Assembly (NCBI GenBank): GCA_964016885.1
Contig: OZ024743.1
Location: forward strand, 198,710,001-198,774,000
DNA: 64,000 nucleotides
Direction of reading: 5' to 3'
Source: Eledone cirrhosa
Taxonomy: Eukaryota
Shown here: positions 58,225-64,000 of the stretch, piece after piece
Layout of the letters: every line of letters starts with the position of its first letter
How positions within the stretch are numbered: position 1 is the stretch's first letter
Program-made: the position numbers and the translations under genes
Notes under the pieces: model-generated
The model's database searches: none
Seen by the model: the letters and a program-made list of their open reading frames with translations, nothing else
Told to the model about the DNA's origin: nothing

Positions 58225-58530
58225 GCTGTATTATCAAAATGCCGTATCAAAATGACATAAGAATTCAGTATCGTATCATCAAAGAGATATATGAGATACG
58301 TGAAGCATTCATCAAAAAGGTGTATCAGGTTTGTGAATTATCATGAAAGTGTTATATTATCAAAAGGGTGTTTTAGATAAGTGATGTATTCTCAAAGAGT
58401 TGTATTAAATGTGAAGCATCATAAAATCATTGTATTAAACATGCAATGTCCCATCAAAAAGATCTAGTAGATACGCGATATAACTTCAAAGTTTTGTATT
58501 AAATATTTGACTTCTCACCAAAGAGTTATA
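58225..58530. repeat. Degenerate ~30-35-bp tandem repeat
   Basis: Recurrent atcaaaa(g/a).g.tgtatta.atg.ga motif. Confidence 0.5.
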
Positions 58531-61146
58531 TAGGATTCGTTTTCATCATCATAGTCTGTCTGTTGATATCGACTATGACTGTCCATATGCATAACCACAA
58601 GTCATGATATCTAAAGTGGATCGTTCCCTCCAAAAGTTTTTGTCCTGATCTTTAATCTTCAACTGTTATGCAATAGTTATACTAAATTACAAAAATACAC
58701 TAAATTTGCTAAAGGTAAATTAAAATAAACTCGATTTACATTTCTAAATTACTAAGAATTTTCATTTTACGTTTGGTCATTCTAATTCTAGGGGGATCAT
58801 GGCCAGCTCATTTAACAATAACACCTTAATAAATGATAACGTGCGGTGGTCTTAAATAGTGATGTTAGCTCCAGGTTCATAGTGTTCAGGGACGAGATAT
58901 TGATCTTCCCATGGATATAATGGAACGATAACATTCTGTGAATATTCAATGTATATACGTAACCGGCTGCTATTCTCAAACATTGAAAATAGCAGCGAAA
59001 TCTCCCTTAACCTACGCTCTACCACGCTAGAAAGGAAAGGTACCTATTTGATAATACAATAGTATATACTACAAACATATGAAATAGTCATGACTCCAAT
59101 AATTTCGTTCACAGATCCGTGAAATTAAGTTCCACTGGGTACTAGCATCAGCAACAATATTAATGACAATAACTTTAGCAACAACAATAGTATTTGCATT
59201 CAACATATATGGGCAACTATTTTAATGACTTATTCCTTCAGCCATGTTGTCTTTACTGTCTGTGTATTAGTTACATAAATAAATGTAACTTGCAACATTA
59301 AGCAGCAGGTTCATTATAAAATAGACGAAAGTTTTATTACCTCATAGTTTCGAGCTCAAATACTATGTTTGGTTTATAGGTATGTATGTTCCTGTAACTC
59401 TTGATTGAGCCATACGGACGTCATATAGAATACGACGTTACTTTGTCATTTTTTAAAAGATTGGGGGACCCCATCTCTTGTTGAAATTTGAACACAACCA
59501 ATTTCTTCCAGAGACCGAGAGAGAGGGATTGATAAAGCGGAATTGAGAAAGAGAGAATATCAGTACACTGGTATATTTTTATCAATCTCGAATGGATGGG
59601 AAGCACTGTTGAGCATGACCTGATTTGAACTCAGAGCGCAGCGTTCAAGAAAGAATACCCCCAAAGCTCTCTAGTTGGCGTTCTAATGACTTTTCCATTT
59701 CGCCGCCTATATTTCAGGTGTAAATGAAAGAAATGCACTTTTGATGTTGTATGTGCAATCGCCAGTTGTTCCCTGATCATGAACAGTTAATATGTTTCTC
59801 AATCTCACATAGGGTAAACAAATAATAGCCACTTGCTTTAGGTAGGAACCTAAAAAAATAAACTTATAAAGAAAAGATATATTAGTATCATTCATCACCA
59901 ATATATTACTGAAACTCGTTCTATGACTCCCAGAGGTATATGAGGCAAAATCAACACCAATAAATATTAATTGATTGATTTAATTTTACTATATATTTAT
60001 GAGAAAACTTTCATAGAATAGAAGTTTTAAATAAATACTTAAAATCTCTTTAGTTTTTTGGTGTAAGAAAATTAGCTAAATGATTTTCGATATATACGTT
60101 AGCTTTATGAATTCAAAATTTCAAAAGAAACCAGAATATCGTTAATACAAATTAAACAGATGTAGAATTTAGAATGAAGTTAGAATGAGCTTTCCAAAAT
60201 AAAGATGAGGATTCTAGAGTCTGGTTTGTTTTTCCCTGAAGAAATTATCGAAACAATATTAGGTTTTTAGCTCTCTATACTTTTTTCAGTTATTATTTTC
60301 GACTTCTAATTCATATTTCATGTGAAAAGCTAAAACATTTAGAATGTTTTTTTTTTTTGTTTTTTTTTTATTTCTTGCGTTATCTTGTTTCGCAATGTTT
60401 TTTTTAAATGTATTTTTGTTTTGTCTTCATTCTGTCTTTTGCAGTGATTATTCACAAAGAATCTCTAGGCAATTAAAGAATAAATAGAAATAATCAACTA
60501 AGCGTAATTTAAAGACGTGTCACTACACCTGTAGCGAAGTATCAATCTTTAATACGCAACTGAATTGAACTATAATTTGAAAATATTCTTGACAATTTTT
60601 ACCTAAATCCTGCCTCAATAATTTAACTATTTTGACCAGAAATCTACATTTTCGCAGTTCATATATTGTATTTAATTCCTATTAATTAATATATTCATGT
60701 ATTTACTCCATTCACTTATTTTCTTAAGTCATTAGCTTGTCAAAAATACAAAATGAAATGAAATAAAATAATAGTAAACAATACATTACTGTAACTGTAG
60801 CGTTGCATATTTAAAATGTTACAGTTGCCTAATGTCTCGTTTTTGCAACATGCGTAGTAATAGTAAATATGTGGTAATAGATAAAAGAAACAAAAACAAG
60901 TATTTATTTATTTATTACTACAGTATGCAGGTGTGACTGAGTCAATTACGTGCTCTTTTCTGTTTAAAAATACATTGCTTCTGTTTGTGTTTTTGCTTTT
61001 TTTTTTTTTTTGCTTTGTTACTGCTGTTGTTACATTTGTTGCTACTTTTCTCTAGTCAGTCCTGATTGGGCAATATTATGATGAAAGGCATTCTGGCCGT
61101 GAAAATCTAACATTTTCTCCTTTACCCCGTGCGGTCTGGACCACAT

Positions 61147-61330
61147 TGGATTGGTAGTATCGGTAGAGGGTCGGACGCCATGCTTTGACGCATAGAGTTA
61201 CGGTCCTTGCCATTCTAAGTTTAAATCCCACCGAGGTTAACTTTGGCTTTCATCCTTACGGCGTCGATAAAATAAAGTACCAGTAATGCACTGGGTAATT
61301 GTTGGCCTTGTGCCAAAACTAGAAACAATT
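61147..61330 (+). mobile_element. SINE flanked by ~70-bp direct repeat
   Basis: Consensus match; 61075-61147 is repeated at 61328-61395. Confidence 0.88.
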
Positions 61331-61741
61331 ATGATGAAAGGCATTTTGGCCGTGAAAATCTAACATTTTCTCCATTACCCGGTTTGGACCACATTATCTT
61401 ATGTATCCCTTTTTTATGTTATAATAAGTATCTATCAATATGTGATCAATAACTGATCAGCGAGTTGATCAGTAGTTGATTTAAAGTGAAGGAATTGCAG
61501 CTTGAAATAAAAAGTGAGTTGTAGAAACTAACCTTTGAAGACGATGTTCGATTCTCAAAGAGAAGTCAGTGATTTCACAAGAGGCTCTACTTTTCCTCTC
61601 CAATGCCTATCATAGTGTCGAGATTCAAATAGGTTATTATTTTATAAATTTTATTTTACACAAAGGAAAACCCACAATGTATCGTCTGGTATTGTCTGTA
61701 ATGTTTCCTTAATGTCAGCCCTGTGTGGCTAATAAAGAAAT

Positions 61742-62568
61742 TGTGGATTGGCAGTATCGGTAGAGGGTCAGACGCCATGCTTTGACGCATAGAGTTACGG
61801 CCCTTGCCATTCTGAGTTGAAATCCTTACGGGGTCGATAAAATAAAGTACCAGTAATACACTGGGTAATTACTGGCCTTGTGCCAAAAGTAGAAACAATT
61901 ATTATTATTATTATTATTATTATTGGGTGGTGAATTGGCAAAATCGGTAGAGCATCGGACGCTATGCTTTGCAGCATAGAGTTACAACCCTTTACGTCTG
62001 AGTTCAAATCCCACCGAGGTTAGCTTTGCCTTTTATCATTACGGGGTCGATAAAATAAAGTACCAGTCACGCACTGGGGTCGATTCCATTGACTTTCTCC
62101 TCCCCCAAATTACTGGCCTTGTGCCTATACTAGAAATCATTATTATTGGGTGGTGGATTGGCAGTATCGGTAGAGGGTCTGACGCCATGCTGTGCAGCAT
62201 AGAGTTACGGTCCTTCATGGTCTGAGTTCAAATCCCACCGAGGTTAACGTTGCCTTTCATCCTTACGGGGTCGATAAAATAAAGTACCAGTAATGCACTG
62301 GGTAATTGCTGGCCTTGTGCCAAAAGTAGAAACAATTATTATTATTATTATTTATTATTATTTATTTATTACACGGTGGATTGGCAGTATCGGTGGAGGG
62401 TCGGACGCCATGCTTTTCAGCATAGTTACGTCCCTTTACGATCTGAGTTCAAATCCCGCCGAGGTTAACTTTGCCTTTCATCCTTACGGGGTCGATAAAA
62501 TAAAGTACCAGTAATGCACTGGGTAATTGCTGGCCTTGTGCCTAAAGTAGAAACAATTATTATTATTT
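61742..62568 (+). mobile_element. Stack of four head-to-tail SINEs separated by (ATT)n tails
   Basis: Copies at about 61742-61920 (internally deleted), 61925-62146, 62148-62350 and 62373-62568. Confidence 0.88.
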
Positions 62569-62780
62569 ATTTCTGTTTGGTCTCTTTAGTCTTTGCTTTA
62601 GTCAATTATCAGGAAGTTGAAAAAAAAAAAATGGGTGGGAAGATTAAAACTTTGTAACAGAAAAGAGAGAAACAGATTCCTTTTGTCTCTCTTCAGAACT
62701 AGAATGATTACAAGACGGAATTGTTAAGTAGTTCTTTTTGTTGTTGCTTTTATTTTTTTTACACCTTCTACGAAATAAAT

Positions 62781-62844
62781 ACCACCACCCCTACCACTAG
62801 CACCACCACCATCACTACTACTACTACTACTACTGCTGCTGCTG

Positions 62845-62897
<53 letters not shown>

Positions 62898-63073
62898 ACT
62901 ACTACTAATAATACTGCTACTACTACTACTACTACTACTACTAATACTACTACTACTACTTTAACTAGTACTACCAAGACCATCACTACTACTACTACTA
63001 CTACTACTGCTGCTGCTACTACTACGACTACTACTACTTTAACTACTACTACCAACACCACCACCACCACCAT

Positions 63074-63121
<48 letters not shown>

Positions 63122-63128
63122 CACTACT
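62781..63128. repeat. (ACT/ACC/GCT)n trinucleotide tract
   Basis: Seen directly in the sequence. Confidence 0.95.
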
Positions 63129-63589
63129 CAATATATATCGGTCATCCTCCTATGATCTGTACTTTGAATTAATGATCACATTTTATTATTTCTTAGTCAT
63201 TTTTGTTAGCTGCCAGGTCGGGGAGATTCGCCATACATTTTGGCTTACTTTTTTCTCCTCCATTTTATTCTTCGTTTTTATTCTACGGTCCAAATTGAAC
63301 AGTTTAGATTTATTTTTTAGTACTATTAGAAGTTTTTATTTGTCTTTGCTCCACATATTTTTTTTTCACAAATAAATAAATAAGTAAAATAAGTAAGAAC
63401 ACCTAATACTTTATTGCATGTATTTATTTCTCTAAGAGAATGGTGCGATTATTTTCTTTTAGTCTTTGTTTTTGTTTTTGTGTTTGTGTTTGTTTTGTTG
63501 TTGTCTTTTTTTCTACGCTTCCTTCTCCTAATGTATTGTCAACACTTAGTTCTTGTTCAACAATACTTCCAGTAAAGATGTTTGGAAAC

Positions 63590-63930
63590 GAGGAAATAGA
63601 AGAGAAAGACGACGACGACGGCGTAGAAAAAGAGGAAGAAGTCGAAGTAACACAAAAAAGAAGAAGAGAGGGAAAAACGAAGACGAAGAAAAGGGAAAAA
63701 AAACGAAGAAACAAAAAAGGAAAAAAAGAAGACAAAGAAGAAGAGAAAAGGAAAAGAAGAAGAAGAAGAAGAAGAAGAAGAAGAAGAAGAAGAAGAAGAA
63801 GAAGAAGAGAAAAGAAAAAAAAGAAGAAAAAATGACGAAGAGAAAAGAAAAAAAGAAGAAAATAAAAAAGAAGAACAGCTACAAGAACAACAACAGCAAC
63901 AACAATAACAAAAAAAAACAAGATAAACAC
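63590..63930. repeat. Purine-rich (GAA)n low-complexity tract
   Basis: Seen directly in the sequence. Confidence 0.9.
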
Positions 63931-64000
63931 GTGAAGGAACTAATGATGATGATGATAATGTTGAGAATAATAATGATGATGGGGATGATGAAGAGAAGGA

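Noticed and set aside
61635-61741. Fourth Tx1 copy (gccctgtgtggctAATAAAgaaa tail)
   Set aside because: Only a short tail-like match, interrupted by a SINE with no TATC tract; too little to call.
63424-63930. Lys/Arg/Glu-rich or hydrophobic ORFs
   Set aside because: These come from (GAA)n and poly-A low-complexity sequence.

Overview
Repeat-dominated, AT-rich eukaryotic DNA. The SINE families and the very dense (TA)n/(CA)n/(TATC)n microsatellites suggest a cephalopod (octopus-like) genome; this is inference. No host protein-coding gene can be supported, and most ORFs in the track are microsatellite translations. Recognisable elements are: three copies of a Tx1/L1-clade non-LTR retrotransposon, each bounded by (TATC)n tracts; an internally deleted mariner; RTE and CR1-type LINE fragments; roughly 25 tRNA-type SINEs, many in head-to-tail stacks; a ~118-bp minisatellite; and small MITE-like inverted repeats. 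The main hidden signal is a set of about 15 type I hammerhead ribozyme motifs, read by eye as stem I-CTGANGA-stem II-GAAA-palindromic stem III-NUH. They lie in short non-coding inserts within (TA)n tracts and belong to several sequence families. The inserts show partial tandem repeats (periods 487 and 310 bp) and a recurring fold-back/inverted-end architecture. This resembles a diverse population of Penelope-dependent, retrozyme-like self-cleaving RNA elements that target microsatellites.
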